From positions 32,001-96,000 of IMG/VR virus record IMGVR_UViG_3300045988_184160: a stretch of DNA of 64,000 nucleotides; one strand, written 5' to 3'. A model generated the notes under the pieces. It was not told the origin of the DNA. It made no database searches and worked only from the letters and a program-made list of their open reading frames with translations. This DNA is from a virus. Shown one piece after another: positions 37,759 to 47,727 of this stretch; the first letter of the stretch is position 1, and every line of letters begins with the position of its first letter. A program made the position numbers and the translations under genes.

Positions 37759-40071
37759 TTGGGTAACATCAACAATAACGGCAACCAAAAGTTCAGGCAT
37801 ATACGGCAGGAGTACACCCATAAAATAGGTGATGCCCTGAACATTGCTAATAAGAATCTCAGGGTCAAAAAAATCCTGTCTGACGGGTCCTCAGGTATGG
37901 CTAACGTCTACCTTGTGGAAGGGATGGATGAGCTCACCAAGAATAACGTCGAATATGTGGTGAAACAAGCTCTTTCACCCGCGCTTTTCAGGAACGCTGT
38001 TCCCCCTGCTGATTACGCGCGCCTGAAGGAAGAGCATAAAGGGCTAGTTCGTGAAGCTACACTGATGCAGACTCTTCGGGGTATACCGAACATCCCAACG
38101 TGTATCGGTACCCGCAATAATGAGACTGAGAAGACCTCTTACATTCTCATGGACTACATTGAGGGTGTTTCCCTCAGTGAATATGTGCGGAGCACCCCAA
38201 ACGGGTGTCTCACTGAGAAAGAAGCTGTTTCTTTGACAAAGAAGATAGCTGACGCGGTTGGTAAGCTCCACGCTAACGGCATCTGCTACAGGGATCTTAA
38301 GCCGGAGAACATTATTATCTCCAAAGTCGGTTCGGAGCCGTTCATTATCGACTTCGGTATATCTGGCAACATGGGTACGACTGATATAACCCCAGGTGGC
38401 ACTAAGGGTTACTATGATGCCTACCAGATGCAGCGGAATGAGCAGACTGGTAAAGTGTTGTACCCGCTCACTGAGAAATACGATATTTTCGCGCTCGGCG
38501 CGGTGTTGGCTTTCATGCTCACGGGTATCAAGCCTGCTCAGTCAACTATTAACGTGTGGTCTTTTGATGTTTTCACTCCTGTGAACCGTAAAACCACGGC
38601 ACCCCGTGAGGTGACTTTCACGGTTTACCAGCAGGTGACCCAAAAAGAAGGTGAGCTGTATTTCAAGAGCAACGGTAACCCGCAGTATATTCAGCGATCC
38701 CCGCACCTTCCACAAACATTCCACCCGCGAGGTGGTGAGCAGTCCAGGTGGGATGAGAGGCAGGACGAGAAATACGCTAACAAGAAGCTACTTTCCAGGG
38801 AAATCATGCAGCCTACCAGCTGCACCAACCCAGACACAGGTGAACTAGAGTACTATGTCCGCACCATCGAAAAATGGGAGGTTTACGGGCTCCCCGAGGT
38901 GCTAGGTGCTGCGTGCACCTCCATGAAAACCCCTCATGTGGATGAGCGCACCGATCTGCCAGAGAAAAAAGACCTCATCTACCGGGAAGAAGGCTCGCAG
39001 TCCAACAAAAAATTTGAGCACACCGTAGAATACTATGCTGTGCTTGAACCTCAGCAGCCCTACCTGACAGGCCCGCATACGGTCCTGAACGCTACACACC
39101 CGAACCCCGCTGTTTCGCAGGGGATAGAGTACGTTATCGGGCGGGCGACGCACCCCAACCTGGATGAGCGGTACAAGGACATATCGGATCTCCTAGTAGA
39201 CCTTGACCAGTACGAGCTGATGGGTGGCGAATACGCCCAGAAGCAGGGTAAAAGGCTGCTCGGTGTTATCGGTGTGCTCCTGCTGGGGATAGGGTCTATC
39301 ACCGGTGGGATCATTGCGCAACAGAACGAGAACAACCAGCAGAACAAAATGTGCTCAGACCTAGCGAATAAAGCGAAAATCTCCGCTAACGTGGATGATT
39401 ATGTGGCTGCCCTAGACAGCTGCCCAACGGCTAAACCCGACATTTATAGGGGTCTCATTGATTCCATAGCGTCTGATGGGTCATTCACGAAGAATGAGGA
39501 AACCCAGCTGGTGAACGTTATTTCCAGTAGGAAAGAAACCCTAGCGAAGGAAGAAGGGTACGGGGCGTTAGCTTTCGACATCGGCAAACTGTACCTGCTC
39601 TACTATTCCACTGGGAAACTTGACGACGGGACCCTGGACAAGGACGGTATGGTGCGCTCCGCTTCCTGGTTCAAAGAAGCTAAAGACGCTGGGTACGACC
39701 CTGACGGCGCGGCAACAGCATACGGTGGTATCGCTGAGTTCCAGAAGACCGTGAACACTCGCGTGCAGGAAGGCACCGACAAAACCATTTTCCGCGCCTA
39801 CTGGGATAACCTGCAGAAGATTGACCGTAACCTGCCCGCGACAGGGAAAATGACTCTCTACGCGGCGCGTGTTGACCTGATCAACTCTTATGCGCATCAC
39901 CTTCATTCTGATGGTGTCCCGAAAGAAGATTTGGAGCGGGCACGCACTGAGATTGAGGCGTATATCGCTGAGAACAAGCCTTCCGGTAAGAAGCAGGAGG
40001 AGCTGTATAGGTACATGGTGTCCCAAATCCCCGCGATGCAGGATGCTATCAGGACAGGTTATGAAGGGTAA
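37759..40071 (+). CDS. Hanks-type Ser/Thr protein kinase with a TM helix and a ~250-aa extracytoplasmic C-terminal domain
   Basis: 770 aa. GSSGMANVY, VVKQ, catalytic loop YRDLKPENIIIS (nt 38287-38310), IIDFGIS (DFG at nt 38350-38358), GTKGYYDAY. TM segment LLGVIGVLLLGIGSITGGIIA. Confidence 0.88.
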   Translation: MGNINNNGNQKFRHIRQEYTHKIGDALNIANKNLRVKKILSDGSSGMANVYLVEGMDELTKNNVEYVVKQALSPALFRNAVPPADYARLKEEHKGLVREATLMQTLRGIPNIPTCIGTRNNETEKTSYILMDYIEGVSLSEYVRSTPNGCLTEKEAVSLTKKIADAVGKLHANGICYRDLKPENIIISKVGSEPFIIDFGISGNMGTTDITPGGTKGYYDAYQMQRNEQTGKVLYPLTEKYDIFALGAVLAFMLTGIKPAQSTINVWSFDVFTPVNRKTTAPREVTFTVYQQVTQKEGELYFKSNGNPQYIQRSPHLPQTFHPRGGEQSRWDERQDEKYANKKLLSREIMQPTSCTNPDTGELEYYVRTIEKWEVYGLPEVLGAACTSMKTPHVDERTDLPEKKDLIYREEGSQSNKKFEHTVEYYAVLEPQQPYLTGPHTVLNATHPNPAVSQGIEYVIGRATHPNLDERYKDISDLLVDLDQYELMGGEYAQKQGKRLLGVIGVLLLGIGSITGGIIAQQNENNQQNKMCSDLANKAKISANVDDYVAALDSCPTAKPDIYRGLIDSIASDGSFTKNEETQLVNVISSRKETLAKEEGYGALAFDIGKLYLLYYSTGKLDDGTLDKDGMVRSASWFKEAKDAGYDPDGAATAYGGIAEFQKTVNTRVQEGTDKTIFRAYWDNLQKIDRNLPATGKMTLYAARVDLINSYAHHLHSDGVPKEDLERARTEIEAYIAENKPSGKKQEELYRYMVSQIPAMQDAIRTGYEG

Positions 40072-40086
40072 GAGGGGCTGCGAATA

Positions 40087-40539
40087 ATGATTAGTTTATC
40101 CACCATCCTCATAGTTCTAGGTGTGGCTTTGATCCTCCTAGCCGTCGTACTTTTCGTTGTCTGGGACCTATTCAGCACGTTCCTTTTCTATTCGGTGTCT
40201 ACGCGGCGCAGGAAATCTAAGCGGATATCGTCTGTGTTTGATGAGGCGCGGCAGAGCACTACCCTGCTGAACGGCATATGGAACGCCCCATCCAACACAA
40301 CAACGACAACCCCGCCGCCACCGTCCCCTGAGGTACTGGGTGGGGTGAGTCAAGAGCATGAATCATCGAGTGATCCTCTGTTTGAGGTGGACTGGTCTTC
40401 CGAGGAAGAAGACACTGGGAACACTGTTGTGCTGCCCGCGCTGATCGGGGTGATAGATGAGCAGAACAATCCAATATCTATGCTCGAAAAACCACATATA
40501 ATATATGTAAGCGATGAAGAAACAAACATCCGAGCCTAA
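40087..40539 (+). CDS. small membrane protein (N-terminal TM), function unknown
   Basis: 150 aa, AAGAGGGG RBS. TM segment ILIVLGVALILLAVVLFVVW. T/P-rich linker and acidic C-terminal half. Confidence 0.55.
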   Translation: MISLSTILIVLGVALILLAVVLFVVWDLFSTFLFYSVSTRRRKSKRISSVFDEARQSTTLLNGIWNAPSNTTTTTPPPPSPEVLGGVSQEHESSSDPLFEVDWSSEEEDTGNTVVLPALIGVIDEQNNPISMLEKPHIIYVSDEETNIRA

Positions 40540-40555
40540 AATGGAGTAACCATAA

Positions 40556-43500
40556 ATGTCTACAACTAAAAAGGTGGCTACTGCTGCCGCTGTCGCACTT
40601 GTAGCGACACAGGGTGTTACTGCGCATGCTGACGATAAGAAACCGGATCAGGGGAACAAGCCAGCAGCAACCCAGGCACCGAAGCAGACCAACGATAAGA
40701 ACGACAAAAAAGAAGAGAAGAAGAAGGACCAGGAAACCCCGAAGCCTGCTGTGAAAGCGAAAGTTGCGCAGCAGGTCAAAATCACGCCTGTGGGTGCGGG
40801 GTATGATGCGGATGGTGCCGCTTGGTATGGTCCTAACACGCCGTTGAAGGTGGCGTTATCGTCATCGGACGGTAACCCTATCGGTAACGCCCGTGTGACC
40901 GCGCAGAAGGTCAGCTCTTCTGGTAACCCTGTTGGGGGTCAGGTAGAGGTTTTCCGTGGCGCTGTACCGGACACCGCGAAGGAGTTCACGCTACCGGACA
41001 TGTCTTTGAAATCTGGTGAGCGTGTCGCCGTGACGGTTGCCCCAGAGAACAGGCAACCCGCGCAGACCATACTAGGTTTTGATAGTGAAGCACCCGAAGC
41101 GCCGTCGATGACACTGATTACTAGTGGCGGCGTGACTCACGGTGACACCACGTTCTTCCAGCAGGAAGATGTTCAGCTCAGGCTGGCGCGGTTCGCTGAT
41201 GAAGGTGCTGGCGTGAAAACCGTTTCCCTTGAGCGGTCTGACGATAACGGGAAAACCTGGAAAGAGTACCGCACAGTGAACGGCGCGGAGAACAACCGTG
41301 GCACTGAATGGCATATTCAAGACAGCGGCACCTACAGGTTCCGTGTCGTGGATAACCTAGGTAACAGCAAAGCCTACGGGCTTCACGACCTGTACGACGG
41401 TATCCAGGACAAGATCGAGGTGAAAGCCACCAGCAAACCTGGTGCAGTTGATTTCGGCGTGAACGGGCAGAAGCCGCATGACGGATGGTACAAGGATGCC
41501 GCTGTGGTGGATGTGACCGTGAAATCCACTGGTTTCTGGAACTCTTCACGTATCACCGTGAACGGTCAGGAAGCAGTGGGAAACAAGATTGGGTCTGGTG
41601 ACCGCACTGAGAAGTACACTATTGACCTGTCGAAATTCCCCAAACCTGGTGATGGTACCTACAATATTGATGTTCACACGCTGAACATGTTCCAACGGGA
41701 TACCATCTCCCATAAGGTGAAAGCTGACTTTGAGGCACCAACCGCTAAACTATGGTTGGAAAGCGACAACGGCAACCTTGAGAACGGCACCTGGTACACG
41801 CCCAAAGCACCCGTTTTCGGTATTGACGCCAACGATGAAGCCTCAGGTGTTAAGTCTGTCACCTTGACTTATGAGGATTTCGGGGGGAACAAGAAAACCC
41901 TCAACATCCCAGTCGGTGAACGCTCCGTAAAACTTGACTCTTCAGGGCGTAACTTCACTCTCACCGTTGAAGACAACGCGGGGCACGTAACAACCACCCC
42001 GCTAGGTGGTAACGTCGCTAGCGTGGACTACGACACCCAAGCACCCACCATCGGTAACGTCACCGACCCTAAAACCGTTGACTACAGTGGCGCGAAATGG
42101 CTAACCAGCCGTGATGGGGCACTGGGTTTCAGTATCCCAGACAACGACCTGAGCCGTGTAGATGCGCACATTAACGGGCAGAAAGTGCAGGTTGGGCGTG
42201 ACGGTGACAGGTTCACTATTGATCTAGCGCAAGCTAACATCCTGAACGGAAAAATCGAGCTATCCGTCACCGCAACCGACAAGGCTGGTAACAGCACCGA
42301 CCTGCACAGGGTATGGATGGTGGACAGTGAAGCACCCTCAGAGATCCGTGCAGACGTACACGGTGACGTGCAGGTAACCCCCTGGGGTGCTTACGCGAAA
42401 ACCATGCCCACCATGCAGGTCACGGCGGTGGATAACGGGTCTGGTGTGGCTAAGTATCAGCTGCTTGACGGGTCTGGTAACGTCACCGCAGAATCAGGGA
42501 ACGGTTTCTTCACATCCATCCCAGCGGGCACCACACAGGTCCGGGTGATTGATAACGTCGGGCACCCGACCCTCGTGCCGTTGTCGAAGATCACCCCGTT
42601 CAGCCAGGCACCAGTTATCGACCCGAACGCCCCAGCAGTGAAAATTAACCGCCCTGAGGCGCAGCACAACAACTGGTACGCTAACGATTTCACCCTGTCT
42701 GCTGACGCGACGGATAACGCATCGTTGAAGTCCGCGCAACTGTATGTGAATGGTGTGCTCGTGTCCCAGTTTGATGCTAGGGACGCCGCTAAGTCCGCTA
42801 ACCTGTCTGTGGACACCAGCAAACTTGGGGAACCTAAAGACGGGAAGTACAGTGTCCGCGTCGTCGCAACCGACGCTGCGGGTAACGTCACTGAATCAAC
42901 TGACGAGTTCAATATTGACCGTGTGAATCCTGAGGTTGTTTCGTTTAATTTCGACACGACAGGGACTCAGCCTGCTACTGCTTCTGAGGATTACGGTGTT
43001 TTCGTTTCGTCTTCAACTGGTGTGAACATTATTGCCCGCGACCCTGGGGCTTCCTCTGGGGTGCGTAGCATCACCTACACGCTCCGTAACGCTGATGGTT
43101 CAATTAACCGTCAGGAGACCGTGAACGCTGTGGGCGGGTCAGCGTATGTGACGTTCCCAGCCGATTTCAAGGGTTACGTTGATGCTGTCGCCACGGATAA
43201 TGTGGGGCGTAAATCCTCTAGTGTCCACCCTTACGGTATTGTGTCTGAGACATCTAACTGGCATGCGAACACTGCGAAGGTTGCTATCAGCACACCTGAA
43301 ACGTCCATGTCTGATGCGCAGGGCACACCACTGTATGATCGTGCGACCACCGCAACCTACAACATCAGTTCGCCTGTCGCTGGCATTAAGAAGGTCACCT
43401 ACGGCATTGGGTCTAAAACCCTTGGCGAGTTGAGCCCCGAGCAGCTGCAGGTCACCTCACGGGACAAGAACCTTGTCACAGGCGCGACTGGCACATTCAA

Positions 43501-45448
43501 TGTTGGTGACGAAGGCAACGGGCAGAAGCTTTGGGTCAGGGTTGTTGATAATGTTGGGCACGAGTCGTTCACTGAGAAGAACGTTTCTGTGGACACCACG
43601 GCACCTAAAATCAATGTCGAATACAGCGACGCAGGTAACCCTGTGATGCGTGATGGTGTCGCCTACTACAAGAACGGTCGCACCGCGAAAATCCGTATCG
43701 TTGAGAAGAACTTCGACCCGAACAAAGTTAGTGTGCGCGGCGCAACCCTCAATGGCTCATGGGTGAACACCGGTAATGACACGTGGGAGAACACTGCGAC
43801 CTTCAACGAGGACGGCACCTACGAATGGTCTGTTGATTTCACTGACAGGGCAGGGCATGCGGCGCAACCTTACAACTCAGGTAAGTTCATTGTGGACAAG
43901 ACCGCGCCCGTGGTGAACGTGGACTGGTCCGACAACAACGGAACACCTGACGGCTGGTACCGCACCAACCGGTCCGCGACCGTCACAGTGAAAGACGCCC
44001 ACTTCGACCCGTCAGGCGCTAAGTTCGACGGGAACGGGCGTATCTCAGCCTTCACCAAGCAAGGCGACACTTGGGTTGCGACCGTGACTTGGGATGAGAA
44101 GTACGATGGTGACCGCGAGTTCAACCTGTCCGCAACCGATATCGCAGGCAACCCGTCAGCAACCTATAACTCCGGCAAGTTCAAGGCTGACACCACACCC
44201 CCGAACGTGAAGATTGAGGGTGTGCAGAACGGTGTTATCTACAAGGAGAAGGTAGCGCCACGGATTGTTGTTGATGAGAAAAACATTGACCTCAGCAAGT
44301 CCACTGTGGTGGTGAAGAGCCGTAGCAGGGGCGAACTGAAGCTTGAGGGCGCGCTACAGCCTGGTAAGTCCACCCTATCCTTGCAGGGTATGGGTGACGG
44401 TAAGGACTGGGACGACCTGTACACGGTTGAAGCTAAAATCGTGGACAAGTCGGGGCAGACCACCACACAGGAATCCCAGTACATTGTGAACCGTTACGGG
44501 TCACAGTTCGATTTCAAGGATTTCAACTTCAAGGGCAAGTATGTCAAACAGTTGAAGAACGACATTGTTATTACCCAGACCTCCGTGGAGCGTATCGACC
44601 CGAAGAAGATACGCCCGCACGTACTGAGGGACGGCGCTAACATCCCTGTACCCTCCGACGCTTACAATGTGAAGGAGTCCGGTGGTGACAAGTCGAACTG
44701 GACGTACACGATCACCATCTCAAAGGACCTGTACAATTCCCATGACGGGGCGTACAGCACCCGTTTGACCTCCACCACCGAGACCGGTAAAGAGGAGAAC
44801 ACGTTCAAGCAGGAGCACCTGTTCGGTATTGACAACACTGCACCAGATATCCTGATCTCCGGTGTTGTTGAGCGCGGCTCATATCATGCCCCTGAGGGGT
44901 CTAAGAAGGTCACCGTCCAGGTGCATGAGCTGTCGGGTGTGGATAAGATCAGTATCAAGCTCAACGGCAAAGAGGTTGAGTCTGAGCATACTGAGGGTAC
45001 GGACGAGTGGTCTGTCATTGTCCCAGCTTCTTCAAACGCCCAGGATTTGGATGTTGAGGTTGTGGACATGGCAGGGAACCGTTCTTCCGAACATGTGGGC
45101 GAGTTCCATGTGACAGCTGACCTTGTGGAGGCTATCGTGAACTCAAACTGGATCCAGTACGTGCTGTGGGCTTTGGCTATTGTTTCCGTTGTTGGTCTCC
45201 CGATCCTGTGGCTCTGGCTGCGTAGGAAGAAGAAGGAGAAGGAGATGCGGGAGTCCACCCGTGAAGCGTTGAAGGCTGGCGCGTTCCTGTCTACGACGGG
45301 TGCACGTGGCACTGGTTCTCAGGGTGCTTCTGCTGGTGCTAAGGATGATGGTTCAGCATATGACGACACTGTTGTTGATGCTAGCGGGGATTCTGAGGCT
45401 ACAACTGTTGTCGGTGATAGTGACGGCACCACGGTTGTGCCTGAGTAG
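40556..45448 (+). CDS. 1630-aa cell-surface protein: signal peptide, ~11-12 Ig-like repeat modules, C-terminal TM anchor
   Basis: Signal MSTTKKVATAAAVALVATQGVTAHA. Recurrent module starts D-x-x-A-P (DSEAPEAP, DFEAPTAK, DTQAPTIG, DTTAPKIN, DKTAPVVN, DTTPPNVK, DNTAPDIL). Recurrent module ends D-x-[AV]-G-[NH] (VDNLGNS, EDNAGHV, TDKAGNS, IDNVGHP, TDAAGNV, VDNVGHE, TDRAGHA, TDIAGNP, VDMAGNR). TM segment WALAIVSVVGLPILWLWL followed by RRKKKEKE. No LPXTG motif seen. Confidence 0.8.
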   Translation: MSTTKKVATAAAVALVATQGVTAHADDKKPDQGNKPAATQAPKQTNDKNDKKEEKKKDQETPKPAVKAKVAQQVKITPVGAGYDADGAAWYGPNTPLKVALSSSDGNPIGNARVTAQKVSSSGNPVGGQVEVFRGAVPDTAKEFTLPDMSLKSGERVAVTVAPENRQPAQTILGFDSEAPEAPSMTLITSGGVTHGDTTFFQQEDVQLRLARFADEGAGVKTVSLERSDDNGKTWKEYRTVNGAENNRGTEWHIQDSGTYRFRVVDNLGNSKAYGLHDLYDGIQDKIEVKATSKPGAVDFGVNGQKPHDGWYKDAAVVDVTVKSTGFWNSSRITVNGQEAVGNKIGSGDRTEKYTIDLSKFPKPGDGTYNIDVHTLNMFQRDTISHKVKADFEAPTAKLWLESDNGNLENGTWYTPKAPVFGIDANDEASGVKSVTLTYEDFGGNKKTLNIPVGERSVKLDSSGRNFTLTVEDNAGHVTTTPLGGNVASVDYDTQAPTIGNVTDPKTVDYSGAKWLTSRDGALGFSIPDNDLSRVDAHINGQKVQVGRDGDRFTIDLAQANILNGKIELSVTATDKAGNSTDLHRVWMVDSEAPSEIRADVHGDVQVTPWGAYAKTMPTMQVTAVDNGSGVAKYQLLDGSGNVTAESGNGFFTSIPAGTTQVRVIDNVGHPTLVPLSKITPFSQAPVIDPNAPAVKINRPEAQHNNWYANDFTLSADATDNASLKSAQLYVNGVLVSQFDARDAAKSANLSVDTSKLGEPKDGKYSVRVVATDAAGNVTESTDEFNIDRVNPEVVSFNFDTTGTQPATASEDYGVFVSSSTGVNIIARDPGASSGVRSITYTLRNADGSINRQETVNAVGGSAYVTFPADFKGYVDAVATDNVGRKSSSVHPYGIVSETSNWHANTAKVAISTPETSMSDAQGTPLYDRATTATYNISSPVAGIKKVTYGIGSKTLGELSPEQLQVTSRDKNLVTGATGTFNVGDEGNGQKLWVRVVDNVGHESFTEKNVSVDTTAPKINVEYSDAGNPVMRDGVAYYKNGRTAKIRIVEKNFDPNKVSVRGATLNGSWVNTGNDTWENTATFNEDGTYEWSVDFTDRAGHAAQPYNSGKFIVDKTAPVVNVDWSDNNGTPDGWYRTNRSATVTVKDAHFDPSGAKFDGNGRISAFTKQGDTWVATVTWDEKYDGDREFNLSATDIAGNPSATYNSGKFKADTTPPNVKIEGVQNGVIYKEKVAPRIVVDEKNIDLSKSTVVVKSRSRGELKLEGALQPGKSTLSLQGMGDGKDWDDLYTVEAKIVDKSGQTTTQESQYIVNRYGSQFDFKDFNFKGKYVKQLKNDIVITQTSVERIDPKKIRPHVLRDGANIPVPSDAYNVKESGGDKSNWTYTITISKDLYNSHDGAYSTRLTSTTETGKEENTFKQEHLFGIDNTAPDILISGVVERGSYHAPEGSKKVTVQVHELSGVDKISIKLNGKEVESEHTEGTDEWSVIVPASSNAQDLDVEVVDMAGNRSSEHVGEFHVTADLVEAIVNSNWIQYVLWALAIVSVVGLPILWLWLRRKKKEKEMRESTREALKAGAFLSTTGARGTGSQGASAGAKDDGSAYDDTVVDASGDSEATTVVGDSDGTTVVPE

Positions 45449-45470
45449 GGGCCTTACGGGCTGCTGATCG

Positions 45471-45509
45471 TAGGGGGTGGCGCTTTGCGTGTCACCCCCT
45501 ATTTCTTTA
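45471..45509 (+). terminator. rho-independent terminator
   Basis: Perfect 9-bp stem TAGGGGGTG (45471-45479) / CACCCCCTA (45493-45501), 13-nt loop, then TTTCTTTAT. Confidence 0.6.
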
Positions 45510-45616
45510 TGGTTTTTTCAATATTTATTCATAAAATAATTTGTTCTTCCGGTTTTAACGGAATGTTAGAATTGGTAGTAAGGAAGAATCTCGTCAATGA
45601 TTTGGAGTTGAATTTT

Positions 45617-46093
45617 ATGGTTTTACAGCAATATGGTAATCCGCCTGCTAAGGCTGGTTGGGAGCCTTTTGGCGGGGACAGGTATTATGTGTCTCATGTG
45701 GTGGTGACTTTACCTGAAAAGACTGGTGGGGATTATAAATGTGATTTTCATTTGATTCCTGCGACGACTTTGAAGGGTAAAAATCTTGGGCGTATTGTCC
45801 AGTCTGTGACTTATACTGCGGAGAAGTATAGGGAGAAAGTTTCGGATGATAAGTGGAGGGCTAATAAGGTTACTCATGCTTTTCCTGTGGTGACTGATTT
45901 CGGGTCTGGTGCGGGTAATAAGAATGAGAAGAAGTGTATTTTTTTTGGGTTTTCTGTGCGGGGTAATGATTGTTTTGTGAGGACTGTTAATAGGGGTTTG
46001 GTGGCTTTTTCGGAGTCGTTGTTGGATGTTGATCAGGCGGCTGATTATGGGTTGCCTATTGGAGAGTATTTGACGGGGCGTGGTGTTAGATAA
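45617..46093 (+). CDS. hypothetical protein (158 aa)
   Basis: Start trimmed to the ATG at 45617 (GGAG 9 nt upstream), because the ORF-track start lies inside the terminator. G+T-rich throughout. Confidence 0.5.
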   Translation: MVLQQYGNPPAKAGWEPFGGDRYYVSHVVVTLPEKTGGDYKCDFHLIPATTLKGKNLGRIVQSVTYTAEKYREKVSDDKWRANKVTHAFPVVTDFGSGAGNKNEKKCIFFGFSVRGNDCFVRTVNRGLVAFSESLLDVDQAADYGLPIGEYLTGRGVR

Positions 46094-46108
46094 CTTGGGT
46101 GCTATATG

Positions 46109-46142
46109 TCCCCAGTGGCTTTCGAGCTGCTGGGGATTTTTT
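46109..46142 (+). terminator. rho-independent terminator
   Basis: TCCCCAG..GC / GC..CTGGGGA stem (46109-46136), then TTTTTT. Confidence 0.65.
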
Positions 46143-46171
46143 GTGTCTACATCTCACCTAACTTGTTGGTT

Positions 46172-46200
46172 TTGATAATTATTGAAACATGGTCTACAAT
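46172..46200 (+). promoter_or_regulatory. near-consensus sigma70-type promoter
   Basis: TTGATA (46172-46177), exactly 17 nt spacer, TACAAT (46195-46200). Lies about 40 nt upstream of the ATG at 46239. Confidence 0.6.
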
Positions 46201-46238
46201 CTTATATAGGAGATAACAACCCGAAAGGACATAAGACC

Positions 46239-47000
46239 ATGAACAGCCCCCGACCGAACCGCATAAAATACATCCTCAACCCCCACGTATGTGACATGCT
46301 CACCGACATGTACGGTACCCAGCAGAACTGTGAAAAAGAGCTGGGACTATCACATGGAACCATTAGCAAATGGCGTCACGGCACCGCCAGCCCCGAAGGA
46401 GACCACCTAAAAGCTCTCATAGCCCTCACAGGCTACCCAGAAGCCGGTATCCGCCTCCCGGCAACAGAAGACCCAGAAAACGCCCCACAGGCCCCCTACA
46501 GCCCCTCTGAGGGGGAAACCAGCATCCCCCTTGCAATCATCAACGACAGCACCCTCACCTGGGAACAACGCGCCGCATACGCAAAACACCTCTCCCTCCC
46601 CGCCACCCGCAAAAACGACTTCCCCGCATTCCGAGAACTCCCCTACCACCCCAGCATCAAACCCATCAAAAAGAACACGCTCTACAAAAAACTCGACCAC
46701 ACCAAATACGCGGAAAACCCAACCCTCACCATCCCCAACGAAATCATCAACAGCACCACCCTCGACCTCGAATCAATCGGGATGCTCATCTACCTCATCG
46801 CCAACCCACCCACCAACGAAGGCAAAATCAGGGAAAAACTCGTAGAAGCAAGCCCCGCAGCATACAAAGTCGTCAACCGCATCAGCCAGAAACTCATCGC
46901 AGCAGGAGAAATCACTGAACGCCGCACACGCGATGAACACAGGGGTAACCGCTTCGGTTCCCTCGTGTGGGAAGTCACTCGTGTAGCACAAGAAGGCTAG
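46239..47000 (+). CDS. XRE-type HTH + C-terminal winged-helix (replisome-organiser/DnaD-like) protein candidate
   Basis: Start trimmed to the ATG at 46239 (AAAGGA RBS). HTH EKELGLSHGTISKWRHG. C-terminal LDLESIGMLIYLIANPP...KVVNRISQKLIAAGEITERR. Confidence 0.55.
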   Translation: MNSPRPNRIKYILNPHVCDMLTDMYGTQQNCEKELGLSHGTISKWRHGTASPEGDHLKALIALTGYPEAGIRLPATEDPENAPQAPYSPSEGETSIPLAIINDSTLTWEQRAAYAKHLSLPATRKNDFPAFRELPYHPSIKPIKKNTLYKKLDHTKYAENPTLTIPNEIINSTTLDLESIGMLIYLIANPPTNEGKIREKLVEASPAAYKVVNRISQKLIAAGEITERRTRDEHRGNRFGSLVWEVTRVAQEG

Positions 47001-47001
47001 C

Positions 47002-47370
47002 ATGGCTTGGCAGTTACTCAATATTGCGGTGGAGGTGACACACCTCGACAAGGAGCTTGATATTCCGGTACCCAATGGAGCGAAAAGTATTTTGCTTTGC
47101 CTAGCATCCCATGCGGACAAGCAGGGGGTGTGCTTCCCGTCCTATCGAACCTTCCGTAAATGGGGTACTGCCACATGGACTCGGACAACCATCAAGCGGA
47201 ATCTCAAGATGCTAGCGGATCATGGGCTGCTTGAGGTGTCCCCTAGACGTGATAGGTCTGGGCGGAATACGTCGAGCCTTTATAGGCTAAATGTTCCTCG
47301 TTTGAGGGAGTTGGCGGAGGTGTGTGGAGCAGGTGGAGAGGAGGATACGGAAGGAGAATTTGGGGAGTAG
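47002..47370 (+). CDS. winged-helix DNA-binding protein of the plasmid/phage replication-initiator-associated type
   Basis: 122 aa. GAKSILLCLASHADKQGVCFPSYRTFRKWGTATWTRTTIKRNLKMLADHGLLEV...SSLYRLN matches the common 'HTH, cfPS..., Y.l' pattern of Rep-associated wHTH proteins. Sits immediately upstream of the iterons. Confidence 0.55.
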   Translation: MAWQLLNIAVEVTHLDKELDIPVPNGAKSILLCLASHADKQGVCFPSYRTFRKWGTATWTRTTIKRNLKMLADHGLLEVSPRRDRSGRNTSSLYRLNVPRLRELAEVCGAGGEEDTEGEFGE

Positions 47371-47377
47371 CTCATAG

Positions 47378-47446
47378 GGGGGGTACGTCCCATGATGGGA
47401 CGGGGGTACGTCCCATGATGGGACGGGGGTACGTCCCATGATGGGA
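47378..47446 (+). repeat. three perfect tandem 23-bp iterons
   Basis: GGGGGTACGTCCCATGATGGGAC x3 (47378-47400, 47401-47423, 47424-47446). Each contains a 7-bp inverted repeat GTCCCAT-G-ATGGGAC. Confidence 0.95.
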
Positions 47447-47727
47447 CGTCTTTAATCTTTAAAAGGAATCTTTAGAAGGAACCTAGCTTGGCTCTTGGTC
47501 TACTTTTACTCTTCATTGCAATTAATTTTTCTTTTTTTGATTTTTGATCTACCTTCTTCTTAATTTCAATTTTACTCTTCTAAAATATTAGGATTACCTA
47601 ATTTTTAATTTAGCATATACTATATATATAAATTTCTAATTTTTTGATTTTGAGAAAGTTTTAAAATATATATAATTATATAAGAGATTTTTGAAAAAAT
47701 TAAGAAAAATTTTCAAAAATTAGAGAG
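47447..47727 (+). promoter_or_regulatory. AT-rich region adjacent to the iterons (candidate DNA-unwinding element of a replication origin)
   Basis: About 280 bp of very low G+C in a replicon that looks otherwise balanced in G+C by eye. T-runs, TATATATATA, short direct repeats (AATCTTTA x2, TTTTACTCTTC x2, TTTTGATTTT x2). Confidence 0.55.

Noticed and set aside
46531-46845. Alternative-frame + strand ORFs inside A+C-rich patches (46531-46845, 55186-55515, 6832-7068, 26092-26289, 57281-57670)
   Set aside because: Their translations are P/T/K/Q/H low complexity, as expected from A/C-only DNA. Each is nested in a longer ORF with recognisable features or a better RBS.
47378-47446. Possible CRISPR array (23-bp tandem repeats), and the 25704-25969 repeat array
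   Set aside because: The 23-bp repeats are directly abutting with no spacers. The TGATGTCAT boxes are only 9 bp long with 10-15-bp gaps. No cas genes are present. Both fit iterons or operators, not CRISPR.
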